A program made the translations under genes and the position numbers. From contig BK006948.2 of assembly GCA_000146045.2 (NCBI GenBank), forward strand, positions 800,001 to 864,000: a stretch of 64,000 nucleotides of DNA, given 5' to 3'. This document shows positions 32,813 through 42,816 of the stretch, piece after piece. The notes below the pieces were generated by a model. The model saw only the letters and a list, made by a program, of their open reading frames with translations, searched no databases and was not told where the DNA came from. The DNA is from TPA_inf: Saccharomyces. Lineage: Eukaryota. Position 1 is the first letter of the stretch; each line of letters starts with the position of its first letter.

Positions 32813-34195
32813 ATGACAGAAGATAAATCGCAGGTTAAAATCAGGTTTTTCACGCGTGAGAAAGATGAATTACTACATGTACAAGATACTCCAATGTACG
32901 CCCCCATCTCATTAAAGAGATATGGGTTGTCCGAAATTGTCAATCACTTGTTGGGCTCGGAAAAGCCTGTTCCTTTCGATTTCTTGATTGAAGGTGAATT
33001 GTTACGTACTTCATTGCACGACTATTTGACCAAGAAAGGTTTATCGAGCGAAGCCTCGCTGAATGTAGAATATACCAGGGCAATTCTTCCACCATCCTAT
33101 TTGAATAGTTTCAGCAATGAGGACTGGGTTAGCTCATTGGATGTCGGCGACGGTTCCAAGCATATTATTAGTGGTTCTTACGATGGTATAGTTCGCACCT
33201 GGGATTTATCAGGTAATGTGCAAAAGCAGTACAGTGGTCATTCTGGCCCAATCCGTGCAGTAAAATACATTTCCAATACAAGGCTAGTTTCGGCTGGTAA
33301 CGACCGTACTTTGAGATTATGGAAAACCAAAAACGATGATTTGAAATTAACTTCACAACAACAGGCACAGGAAGACGATGATGACGAAGTAAACATAGAG
33401 GACGGTAAGACACTGGCTATCTTGGAAGGTCATAAGGCACCAGTAGTCTCTATTGATGTTTCAGACAACTCAAGAATATTATCTGCATCATACGACAATT
33501 CTATTGGGTTCTGGTCTACTATTTATAAGGAAATGACAGTTGTTGATCCATTAGAAGATATAAACAATCCAAACAATAAAATATCCACTGCTGCTAGAAA
33601 AAGGAGAAAATTGACAATGAAAGATGGTACCATTAGAAGACGTGCCCCTCTGTCTCTGTTAGAATCCCATACAGCTCCTGTTGAGCAAGTGATCTTCGAT
33701 TCTACAGATAATACCGTTGGTTATTCAGTATCACAAGATCATACCATCAAGACATGGGATTTGGTCACCGCGAGATGTATAGATACAAGAACAACATCGT
33801 ACTCGTTGCTTTCCATTGCTCAATTGTCGACTTTGAACTTGTTAGCATGTGGGTCCAGCGCCAGACACATCACATTGCATGACCCACGTGTGGGAGCGTC
33901 TTCCAAAGTTACTCAGCAACAACTAATTGGTCATAAGAACTTCGTTTCCTCTCTGGACACTTGTCCCGAGAATGAGTATATATTATGCTCGGGTTCTCAC
34001 GATGGTACCGTGAAGGTATGGGACGTCAGGTCTACTTCTCCGATGTACACCATAACAAGAGAAGACAAATCGGTCCAAAAGGGCGTCAATGACAAAGTTT
34101 TTGCTGTCAAATGGGCTGAAAAAGTGGGTATTATCAGCGCTGGTCAAGACAAAAAGATTCAAATAAATAAAGGAGACAACATTTTCAAAAACTGA
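32813..34195 (+). CDS. YTM1: Ytm1, WD40 60S-ribosome biogenesis factor (460 aa)
   Basis: N-terminal ubiquitin-like region followed by WD40 repeats; RRPE x2 and PAC motifs in its promoter. Confidence 0.9.
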   Translation: MTEDKSQVKIRFFTREKDELLHVQDTPMYAPISLKRYGLSEIVNHLLGSEKPVPFDFLIEGELLRTSLHDYLTKKGLSSEASLNVEYTRAILPPSYLNSFSNEDWVSSLDVGDGSKHIISGSYDGIVRTWDLSGNVQKQYSGHSGPIRAVKYISNTRLVSAGNDRTLRLWKTKNDDLKLTSQQQAQEDDDDEVNIEDGKTLAILEGHKAPVVSIDVSDNSRILSASYDNSIGFWSTIYKEMTVVDPLEDINNPNNKISTAARKRRKLTMKDGTIRRRAPLSLLESHTAPVEQVIFDSTDNTVGYSVSQDHTIKTWDLVTARCIDTRTTSYSLLSIAQLSTLNLLACGSSARHITLHDPRVGASSKVTQQQLIGHKNFVSSLDTCPENEYILCSGSHDGTVKVWDVRSTSPMYTITREDKSVQKGVNDKVFAVKWAEKVGIISAGQDKKIQINKGDNIFKN

Positions 34196-34451
34196 GAAAA
34201 AACTGTTGTTGTTTTTATGTAGAATAATGTACTGATATACTTGAAATAAATTTGGTTTTGCCAACAGCTTTCGCAAATTTCTGTCACCTTCTTCTTTATG
34301 TAAAACGACATTACTTGCTAAAAAAAAAAATACTTCTATGATAATGTGTACTTGTATGAAACTTCTATAAATTTAAATTGGTGAATTTTATCCAGCTATC
34401 CCCCAATTTACTATTTGAATATATGCAATTGTGATCTGTCTTAAGACCTTT

Positions 34452-36431
34452 TCAAACCATTCTGGCGGAAGCATCGGTGGCCATTTCCGTATACGAATAA
34501 CCGTCTTCATTATCCTTGATAGCTGAGTATAAACTATTGGAAATGGGTTCATTACGATTTTGCGCATGTTGCCCGTCCTCGCGATCAAACGAGGCAGGAA
34601 CGGGCTGCGTATGGGTCCTGCGCAGAGATAGCCTTTCACCTGGTTTTTCTCTAGTCGAAGGGTCTGTTTCCATGGTCCTTAACGTGGTCATCCTTGTTAG
34701 ATTCAATTCACCATCGACAGCATTTACGTCATCTATACCACCTTCGGTCTCAGCCTCCTTTTCCATGGCGGCATAACCAAATTGTGACTTGTGTCTTAAT
34801 TTGCTCCCCCATTTTTCAAAAACCCATGGAATTGGAATCATCACAACGCAAACTAATGCAAATAAAGTGCTTGCCCATTTGATTTTCATCTTTGTGTACA
34901 TTTGGATGGTAAACAATGGGAATACACTACTCATAACGTATCTTAATAGATTATTGGCAGCCAAACAGGATGCCACAGTTAATGGCGGATAGCATGTAGA
35001 GAAGTACATTAAAACGCTGAAAAAAATCAAAATTAAACCAAAACCAAATGGCACACCGGCAGCCACAGGAGCCATCCAGTGGACATCTGATCTAGCAGTC
35101 CAGGCTTGCCAAAACAGGCCGATAGGCAAAGCTACAGAACCAAATTTACAGGCAATTAAAAATTTTTCTGGAACAACGGGTAGCAATTCACCTGTTTCAG
35201 CGTCTCTTGCACCTCTGTAAGGGGTAGTCCTTTTAGAAGTTCTCTCTTTTTCGGTGAGTGGTTGAGTGCCAGCTGGTGGTTTAGGGAAGAGATATTTTCT
35301 GTCGATGTAAAGGTAAAAGAAAGCACCTATCCATAACCCGACACCAATACCAATAAATGGCAAGCCAGATATCCCCATAGACATGTGGTAAACACCACGA
35401 TAAATGACAGCGTATGCTTCGAAAAATCCAAATAAAATGGCGAATATGAAAGCGACATAAACACTGAAAACAAATACAATAGGTTCAACGACAAGCATTT
35501 TTAAAGGCCTTAAGATTGTAATAGTGACAGTGGTTTTTAAAAATTCTTTCTGAGCTTCCCTGCTGAACTTCTTCAAGGCTATATTTCTCTTCTTGGCACG
35601 CTTTCTTAAAATAATACCTTTATGGGTCTCTGGCATGAGCGCAATAAATGGCAAGATTAGACCGCCCGCAATCAATTGGATCCATTCAGACCAACGCCAG
35701 CCTTTGGCTTCAGTAGCAAATCCTGCCATAATAGGAGATAAAACTGGCCCTAAGAATGGAGATAGAACAAAGTATGTCATTGCGACGGAGACCTGGTCCA
35801 CGTCAAAGATATCCAGGATGGTACCTGATCCAACGGATAAGGCGGGGGATGCAAAGACACCTGATAAAAACCTTAGGGGTAGAATTATTCTCATGTGGCC
35901 ATTGGATAACCCAACACCCATGGTGAAAAGCATTGACACAGGTAGGGAAAATAAATAGACAGGCTTACGACCAAACACTTCACTTAATGGAGCGCCGATG
36001 ACAGTCGATAAACCCAGAAGATAGAAAGTTAAACCAGCAAGCGCCAAAGTCTGACTAACGTGATATCTTTCTACCAATTCTGGTACGGAAGAAACATATA
36101 GGGAACTACCCATTGTGACGACCAAACAAAGAAAAGCTGAAGTCATAGTAGTATACCATTTCTTCAAAGAGGACCAATTATGCGGATTGTCTGGGTCATC
36201 GGGCCCGTCCCAATCGAGATCTCTTGGGTCAATTGGCTCGCCCCCTGTCATGTTATTGGAATCTGCATTCGGTTCTGATCTTTTTTCGTCCTCTGTTATT
36301 GACCCTGTCGAAGAAGAAGTCGAATCCAAGTTGCCGCTATTAGTTACATTTTTGTCCAAGGCTTTTGGTACCTGCTGTATGTTTGTTCGAGGATCTGAGT
36401 TAGATTCGGTTTTTGTCAAAGAAGAAGGCAT
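34452..36431 (-). CDS. TPO4: Tpo4, MFS polyamine/drug:H+ antiporter (659 aa)
   Basis: Major-facilitator topology with 12 predicted transmembrane segments; hydrophilic N-terminus. Confidence 0.9.
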   Translation of the reverse strand: MPSSLTKTESNSDPRTNIQQVPKALDKNVTNSGNLDSTSSSTGSITEDEKRSEPNADSNNMTGGEPIDPRDLDWDGPDDPDNPHNWSSLKKWYTTMTSAFLCLVVTMGSSLYVSSVPELVERYHVSQTLALAGLTFYLLGLSTVIGAPLSEVFGRKPVYLFSLPVSMLFTMGVGLSNGHMRIILPLRFLSGVFASPALSVGSGTILDIFDVDQVSVAMTYFVLSPFLGPVLSPIMAGFATEAKGWRWSEWIQLIAGGLILPFIALMPETHKGIILRKRAKKRNIALKKFSREAQKEFLKTTVTITILRPLKMLVVEPIVFVFSVYVAFIFAILFGFFEAYAVIYRGVYHMSMGISGLPFIGIGVGLWIGAFFYLYIDRKYLFPKPPAGTQPLTEKERTSKRTTPYRGARDAETGELLPVVPEKFLIACKFGSVALPIGLFWQAWTARSDVHWMAPVAAGVPFGFGLILIFFSVLMYFSTCYPPLTVASCLAANNLLRYVMSSVFPLFTIQMYTKMKIKWASTLFALVCVVMIPIPWVFEKWGSKLRHKSQFGYAAMEKEAETEGGIDDVNAVDGELNLTRMTTLRTMETDPSTREKPGERLSLRRTHTQPVPASFDREDGQHAQNRNEPISNSLYSAIKDNEDGYSYTEMATDASARMV

Positions 36432-36745
36432 TAGTAAAACTTAAAATATATGTATACGATGTCTATGCTTCTTTGTGTGTGTATGTGTGTGTATAAGATG
36501 GTATCTTTATTCTGTAATTTTCAGGAAAGTGATGACTAGAAAATCGATGTGTCAGGTACAACAAATTGACAACCTATAACTTTCCATACAGGCGAATATA
36601 TATATACACATAAACACATTCAAGCCTCCGGTACCGTTTGCTCTGACAAGGACAATTAGCATGTAAGCACGAGTGCGGGTATGCAATCATTTCAGTGTTT
36701 CCTTCATTTGGCATAGTGTCGTAACACGGATTTAAGGTGAGCCGT

Positions 36746-36770
36746 CAGGGGCTTTTAAGCGGAGCCCCTG
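36746..36770. repeat. Perfect 7-bp GC-rich inverted repeat (hairpin CAGGGGC-N11-GCCCCTG) inside a GC-rich non-coding island
   Basis: CAGGGGCTTTTAAGCGGAGCCCCTG. Confidence 0.6.
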
Positions 36771-37017
36771 CAGCTTCATGAAGACGGAACCGCACGGGCC
36801 TATTACCTCGGGGATAGATCAATTATCCGAAGCGGGTCACAACCCGGAAATAATAACCACTATGCCCGACCGTACCGACGTGGCACTATTTTTGGGATCC
36901 GTGGAAGTCGGCCATTAGTGGTAATCGGCGAAAACAAGTTTATTGCAGCTAAAGCACGCCATACGGTTGATATAAACAGCAATTAGGCACTTTTTCTCTT
37001 ATTATTCATATGCCTTA

Positions 37018-37041
37018 TTGGCTTGTGGCTTGTGGCTTGTA
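37018..37041. repeat. Tandem heptamer (TGGCTTG)x3 in the MOD5/TPO4 intergenic region
   Basis: TGGCTTGTGGCTTGTGGCTTGTAGCC. Confidence 0.7.
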
Positions 37042-37673
37042 GCCTATGCAAATGCATTTGCTGATAGCAGCATAAGAAAGTTGGGAAGAAACGCTAACTG
37101 TACTTTTTATATCCAGAGTTCATTAGTTGATCTTTTACCCCAATAATTTCTTCCACTTGCGGCCTGCTTCTTCGCATTTCTCCCATTCCGGGCCGCGACT
37201 CCGTAGTTCTTACAGAAACAGCCGCCTCCATAACCATCTATGATAGGAAAAAGATGGACAAACAGGAAAAGAGCTAGGGAGTATAACCTGATTCCTGACA
37301 TGTATAGGATTCGGGTAATTTTGAAATACGAAGCTCTTTGCATTCCGAGACCGGTTTAGGAAGATTTATTTACATATCTACTTGCGCTATTGTGGTCATG
37401 CCTTCGAAAGATAAAGAGCGAATTTTGCTCGTATAAGCTAAAATCAGGTAAAAGTTCCTTATGTTGCTGCTCCTCGATGGCAACGTCGATCTAAGATCTT
37501 GATTACTGAATCAGGCGAAAGCACACGTTCATCTTTCGCTCATCGGAAAGAAAATTAAAACAGAAAAAAATTCTAAAATGGCAAAAAAGAAGAAAAGCTC
37601 AGTGAGGGCTGTATAGTTTATTAGATAAGCTACTATACGTACATATCTTTTGTAAATAGAACCAAAAATCTTC

Positions 37674-38960
37674 ATGCTAAAGGGACCGCTTAAAGGTTGC
37701 TTAAATATGTCTAAAAAAGTTATAGTGATTGCTGGTACAACAGGAGTAGGAAAGTCTCAGTTGTCCATACAATTGGCACAAAAATTTAATGGCGAAGTTA
37801 TCAATTCGGATTCTATGCAGGTATATAAAGATATTCCTATTATAACAAATAAACATCCGCTTCAAGAAAGAGAGGGCATTCCTCACCATGTAATGAATCA
37901 CGTAGATTGGTCAGAAGAATACTATTCCCATCGTTTTGAAACTGAATGCATGAACGCTATTGAAGATATTCACCGGAGGGGTAAGATACCCATCGTTGTT
38001 GGGGGTACTCATTATTATTTGCAGACTCTTTTCAATAAGCGGGTCGATACGAAATCATCCGAACGTAAGCTCACAAGGAAGCAGCTCGATATTTTGGAAT
38101 CGACTGACCCTGATGTGATTTATAACACACTTGTGAAGTGTGATCCTGATATAGCTACCAAATACCATCCTAATGACTACAGGAGGGTACAACGAATGTT
38201 GGAAATCTACTATAAGACGGGCAAAAAACCAAGCGAGACATTTAACGAACAAAAAATAACTTTGAAGTTTGATACCCTATTTTTATGGCTATACAGTAAG
38301 CCGGAGCCACTTTTCCAAAGGCTTGACGATCGTGTAGACGACATGCTAGAAAGAGGCGCCTTGCAAGAAATCAAGCAATTATATGAATATTACAGTCAAA
38401 ATAAATTTACGCCGGAGCAATGCGAGAATGGTGTTTGGCAAGTTATTGGCTTCAAAGAATTCTTACCGTGGCTAACCGGGAAAACTGATGACAACACAGT
38501 AAAATTGGAGGATTGTATAGAAAGAATGAAAACGAGAACACGTCAATACGCAAAAAGGCAGGTAAAATGGATCAAGAAAATGCTGATACCTGACATCAAA
38601 GGCGATATATACTTACTGGATGCCACTGACCTTTCTCAATGGGACACGAATGCATCTCAAAGAGCGATAGCTATTTCCAATGACTTTATTAGCAATCGAC
38701 CCATCAAGCAAGAAAGGGCACCTAAAGCCCTAGAGGAGCTGTTGTCTAAAGGCGAAACTACGATGAAGAAATTGGACGATTGGACACATTATACTTGCAA
38801 CGTCTGTCGTAACGCAGATGGTAAGAACGTTGTAGCTATTGGCGAAAAATATTGGAAAATTCATTTGGGTAGCAGAAGACATAAATCCAACTTGAAAAGA
38901 AACACTCGTCAAGCTGATTTTGAAAAATGGAAAATAAACAAGAAGGAGACTGTGGAATGA
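37674..38960 (+). CDS. MOD5: Mod5, tRNA dimethylallyl (isopentenyl) transferase (428 aa) with two in-frame initiation codons (M1 and M12)
   Basis: P-loop GTTGVGKSQLS; C-terminal C2H2-like zinc finger (CNVCRN...HLGSRRH); ATGs at 37674 and 37707 in frame. Confidence 0.95.
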   Translation: MLKGPLKGCLNMSKKVIVIAGTTGVGKSQLSIQLAQKFNGEVINSDSMQVYKDIPIITNKHPLQEREGIPHHVMNHVDWSEEYYSHRFETECMNAIEDIHRRGKIPIVVGGTHYYLQTLFNKRVDTKSSERKLTRKQLDILESTDPDVIYNTLVKCDPDIATKYHPNDYRRVQRMLEIYYKTGKKPSETFNEQKITLKFDTLFLWLYSKPEPLFQRLDDRVDDMLERGALQEIKQLYEYYSQNKFTPEQCENGVWQVIGFKEFLPWLTGKTDDNTVKLEDCIERMKTRTRQYAKRQVKWIKKMLIPDIKGDIYLLDATDLSQWDTNASQRAIAISNDFISNRPIKQERAPKALEELLSKGETTMKKLDDWTHYTCNVCRNADGKNVVAIGEKYWKIHLGSRRHKSNLKRNTRQADFEKWKINKKETVE

Positions 38961-39083
38961 AAATATTAGGAAAAAGGAGTTTATCCTGAGTGTATATATC
39001 TACATAAGTGAAGCTGGGTTTTGATAATGGAAAGGGAGGATGACAAGCTCAAAATATACTTTATAGATGAATGAGGACAGGTA

Positions 39084-41069
39084 TCATTGGTCTTCAAATG
39101 TCAAACTCTTATCAAGCCTAGCTTTTTCTGCTCTTCTTGCTGTATCATATTCCTGTACCTCATTGTACAGATTGCTGGTAGAAGTAATTAAATTTTCGTA
39201 AAATGCTGTGCCGGCACTTAAATTTTCTTTCACCTCATCAAGCAGTTTGAAGGAATATCTCAGATCTTCAATATATAGCTCTCTGGGATCTATTCTTACC
39301 ATTTTCTTTGGTTCAATCCCGCTTCTGCCGGGGTTATTCTTCTTACTTAGGTTTACTTCCTCAATAAGTTTGATATTTTCTTCCTTTGTACTATTAACGT
39401 ATCTTAAATCTTCGTCAAAGTATTTTAAATGGCCTATGAAAATGGGTTCAAAGTCGACTGTTCCATTTTTTTTATACGATGTAATGATCTTTGGAAGTAT
39501 TCTATATTCTGAAGATTTCCGCCTCGTCCTATCAATATAATCATTTCTTTCCTGTATGATCATCTTAATCTTATTCGTTAGAGGATCATTAGATTCCGGT
39601 AACCTGATCTCTGATCCAATCAAATTTTTATCGATGCTTTGAAATAGTTCATTTGTTTGTTTGTCAATCGCACTACCTTCATCAAGGTATCCTCTCAGCT
39701 TTTTTAGTTTTTCATAATATGCTGTGTTAGTAGTTGAAGATTCGGGTAAAGTCCAATTTAAGGTTCCGTGTTTTAGTCGGAGCTGATTGTCAGTAAATGC
39801 TTCTTCATTTAAAATTTGCTCAATGTTATCGAGTTGTACCTGCACATTTTTATTATTAATGAGAAGATTATTCAGTGATGCCTGGTAATGACTCAGTTCT
39901 GCTTCACTCACCTTTGTAAGCCCTTGTGGTATTTGGAAAGTAGTCAAGGACTCCTTCAATAGTTTATTTAGGGAAGCAAGGGGATTGGTAACACGTTGTT
40001 CAACGTATTCATCTTGCCTTTCATTGTATGCTGTGCAATATTCCATCACTTCTATAGGGATTAGGTCTTTGAATAAAGTCTCATCCTTTTTAATAGAAGG
40101 CAACAATGTTGCTGAAGAAGATGGTTTAACCATGAGAGCTGGTTTGATCGATGGTAATTCCGAAGGAACTTCTTGTAAGTAGATGAATTCATTGTCTCTT
40201 TGGGCTTCTTTCAGAGAAGATTCGACAACAGTTTTAAACTTAGCTTGCGAAGATAGTGTTGATTCATTTATAAATTGCAATCCCATTTGCAGAGCTTTCA
40301 CAACATTTCCGAACTGCTTCTTCTCATTAAAAGATAAGGCTATTCTGTAATAAGTCACCGCACTAAAGTAAGCCTTTTTAGCCTTTAAGTGGTTTATCCA
40401 ATCACTTCTAATAAGTTTCCCCCTTTGGGCGTCATTAATAGCCTCGCAGTAGAAGTCCACGATCTGTTGTGACAACTTCGCGATTAAGGAGTCCTTGTGT
40501 TTATCTTGCACGGCTTTAAACCAGAAGCATTCTTGCGCTTGTGCTAGCATCAGGGAGGTTAAAGCGTTCAATGTGGCGTCATCTACCACTGGGATTGTCT
40601 CAAGATTTTTTTGGTGGTCTAAAACATGTTTAAAGCATCCGGCGGCATTCTGGAAGTACAGACATGACGTTTTGAGGGATTCGGCTGCATCATTGTTGCT
40701 ATTTAGAGCCAACAGTGAATACATGCAACCAATATTATAAATAATGGTTAATTTTTCCCATTGTAATGAGTATTGACTAGTACCACGAGATTTTTGTGAT
40801 AGCGTTTGAAACCATGTAAATTCTATTTGATTATTGGGAAACTTTTTCTCTAATTGCAACAATATTACATAGTATTCCTTCAGTGCAGAAAGACCGTCGA
40901 TTGAGATATCGGGTGCAATCGCATTGTTTCTTGCATCAACAACTTTGAGTATGTCTGATTGGAAAAAGGATGCCGTTTGAAAGGAAGTAGTATCAATTAG
41001 TTTTGACAACTCCGTGGCAAAGTCCACTTCTAAAGTTCGCTTAAGTGGAATGGCAAGCAGTTCACTCAT
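39084..41069 (-). CDS. RIM20: Rim20, Bro1-domain protein of the Rim101 pH-response pathway (661 aa)
   Basis: Bro1-domain architecture; the ORF-track start at 41114 is TTG; the first ATG at 41069 gives MSELLAIPLKRT. Confidence 0.88.
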   Translation of the reverse strand: MSELLAIPLKRTLEVDFATELSKLIDTTSFQTASFFQSDILKVVDARNNAIAPDISIDGLSALKEYYVILLQLEKKFPNNQIEFTWFQTLSQKSRGTSQYSLQWEKLTIIYNIGCMYSLLALNSNNDAAESLKTSCLYFQNAAGCFKHVLDHQKNLETIPVVDDATLNALTSLMLAQAQECFWFKAVQDKHKDSLIAKLSQQIVDFYCEAINDAQRGKLIRSDWINHLKAKKAYFSAVTYYRIALSFNEKKQFGNVVKALQMGLQFINESTLSSQAKFKTVVESSLKEAQRDNEFIYLQEVPSELPSIKPALMVKPSSSATLLPSIKKDETLFKDLIPIEVMEYCTAYNERQDEYVEQRVTNPLASLNKLLKESLTTFQIPQGLTKVSEAELSHYQASLNNLLINNKNVQVQLDNIEQILNEEAFTDNQLRLKHGTLNWTLPESSTTNTAYYEKLKKLRGYLDEGSAIDKQTNELFQSIDKNLIGSEIRLPESNDPLTNKIKMIIQERNDYIDRTRRKSSEYRILPKIITSYKKNGTVDFEPIFIGHLKYFDEDLRYVNSTKEENIKLIEEVNLSKKNNPGRSGIEPKKMVRIDPRELYIEDLRYSFKLLDEVKENLSAGTAFYENLITSTSNLYNEVQEYDTARRAEKARLDKSLTFEDQ

Positions 41070-41332
41070 GTCACACTGCCTGGATCTCCATAGATAATAA
41101 TACTCTCTCTGCAAGGGTATAGTAGTGTTTTAATAAGGCTTTATAGTCCCTTTTCTTATGCTATATTATAAAGCCGGGTAGTAGCGAGGCTTGAATATCT
41201 CTTTTCCTGGACGAAAAATAGTGAAAAATTGGAAAAAGTATTTGGCGTAAAGCATATTCTACCGATTGCGATAGACATTATTTGAGCTGTAACCTGAATA
41301 TAGGATTAAGAACTTTTATTTAATTTCACGAC

Positions 41333-41818
41333 ATGATCAAGTATACTATCGATGAGCTTTTTCAACTGAAGCCAAGTTTAACTTTGGAAGTTAATTTCGA
41401 TGCGGTGGAATTTAGAGCCATCATTGAAAAAGTTAAGCAATTGCAACACTTGAAAGAGGAAGAGTTTAACAGTCATCATGTTGGTCATTTCGGTCGTAGA
41501 AGATCTTCCCACCATCATGGTAGACCAAAGATTAAGCACAACAAGCCTAAGGTTACAACCGATTCAGATGGTTGGTGCACATTTGAAGCCAAGAAGAAGG
41601 GTAGTGGAGAAGATGATGAAGAAGAAACAGAAACCACACCAACTTCTACTGTGCCAGTTGCTACCATTGCCCAAGAAACTTTAAAAGTCAAGCCAAATAA
41701 CAAAAATATTTCTTCCAACAGACCTGCTGATACCAGAGATATTGTTGCGGACAAGCCAATTCTTGGTTTCAACGCATTTGCTGCTTTGGAAAGTGAAGAC
41801 GAAGACGACGAAGCATAA
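41333..41818 (+). CDS. CAF20: Caf20, eIF4E-binding protein (161 aa)
   Basis: N-terminal canonical eIF4E-binding motif YTIDELF (YxxxxLphi); 161 aa. Confidence 0.9.
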   Translation: MIKYTIDELFQLKPSLTLEVNFDAVEFRAIIEKVKQLQHLKEEEFNSHHVGHFGRRRSSHHHGRPKIKHNKPKVTTDSDGWCTFEAKKKGSGEDDEEETETTPTSTVPVATIAQETLKVKPNNKNISSNRPADTRDIVADKPILGFNAFAALESEDEDDEA

Positions 41819-41957
41819 GTCATTCGCTCATGCTTTCTTCAGGCAGCTGTACGTGTACTATGTATAAATTTTGAATAACATTTTTTTTAATAAACAGTTT
41901 TTACTCTTTTAGGTTACTTTCCAGATTGAAAATATACAACGTGGTTACATAAAGAAA

Positions 41958-42182
41958 TTAAAATGTAGAACGAATCATGACCAACTGTATCAGGTGTTTA
42001 AAAAGGCGAGGTGAAAGAGAAAGGCTTCCCCCTCTAATATCAACAGCTGGAGATACATCTTTCTAATAATTAATCTACCATGAGCCGTACGCACTGAAGC
42101 AACGCCCATCAAACATCCGAAGCCACATTATGAGTACAAAAGAGGCTGACGTTAATAGGAACTCATGGTGTAATTTTGCTTC
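41958..42182 (-). ncRNA. SNR31: Candidate H/ACA box snoRNA (snR31-like), minus strand
   Basis: Recalled to lie in the CAF20-HEM4 interval. A minus-strand 3' end around 41961 has ACA (complement of 41964-41966) followed by 3 nt and a U-rich run; candidate H box AGAUUA mid-RNA; TATA-like TATATTTAAA (complement of 42241-42250) about 60 bp upstream of the proposed 5' end. Ends uncertain by a few nt. Confidence 0.45.
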
Positions 42183-42332
42183 ACTTTTCTGAATTCAAAT
42201 GGAAATAGAAGTAAAAATGGGCAGAAAAGTTACCTCATGCTTTAAATATACTCAACTTTTCTCTACCGACAGTAGGAGCCCTAAGAGATAAAGCGAAAAA
42301 TTTTCACAGCGCGCTCCTTGGTGCGGCGAGGG

Positions 42333-42339
42333 TATAAAA
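42333..42339 (+). promoter_or_regulatory. TATA box (TATAAAA) of the snR5-like transcription unit
   Basis: GGTATAAAAGGCG, 64-70 bp upstream of the proposed snoRNA 5' end. Confidence 0.4.
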
Positions 42340-42402
42340 GGCGATTTCATTTCAATTCTTTGAACTTACTTCATTTGCAGGATCCTTCAGGATAAGAAAA
42401 CC

Positions 42403-42599
42403 ATCATTCAATAAACTGATCTTCCGGATTACCATGCTTAAGACATCACGCCTCCATATGTCTATATAAAGCGCAAATGGCTGGAAGTAGACCAATTTTT
42501 TTTGTTCCTAGCTTTTCATTATTGAAATCTAATCCAGTTTTAATGGTTTTTCTTAATTAAGAAAACAAATTATCATTGGTTCGCTCTAGGTGTACATAT
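42403..42599 (+). ncRNA. SNR5: Candidate H/ACA box snoRNA (snR5-like), plus strand, divergent from the snR31-like gene
   Basis: GGTATAAAAGGCG TATA box at 42331-42343, about 65 bp upstream of the proposed 5' end; ACA at 42594-42596 is exactly 3 nt from the proposed 3' end (42599); candidate H box AGACCA near 42488; no ORF of 60 aa or more. Confidence 0.5.
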
Positions 42600-42816
42600 C
42601 TTCACTTCATTACTCTCTTGTTTACATTGTATACATCGTACATATACTTCAATTATGGAAATACCATAAATTCTCTTAGTGTGTAGTTCACTAGTTTTTG
42701 GGGTTGGGTTGTGCTGTAGTCAGCTAAGGCGCTTTAGTGAACTTTCTAGTGAGTTTTTTGAATTTTAGTGTCAAAGGATAAGGAAACAGAAAGGTAAAAT
42801 AGACCTTGCTCGAGAG

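Noticed and set aside
36880-36930. tRNA-like D-arm sequence TTAGTGGTAAT in the GC-rich island
   Set aside because: No downstream B box (GGTTCGANTCC), no anticodon arm and no cloverleaf could be built, so not a tRNA gene; at most a relic.
37107-37343. 78-aa minus-strand ORF in the TPO4-MOD5 intergenic region
   Set aside because: No conserved motif; lies in promoter DNA next to the GC-rich island; more likely chance ORF than gene.
41515-41823. 102-aa minus-strand ORF antisense to CAF20 (YOR277C-like)
   Set aside because: Entirely within CAF20 on the opposite strand; Ser-rich translation that mirrors the CAF20 codon composition.
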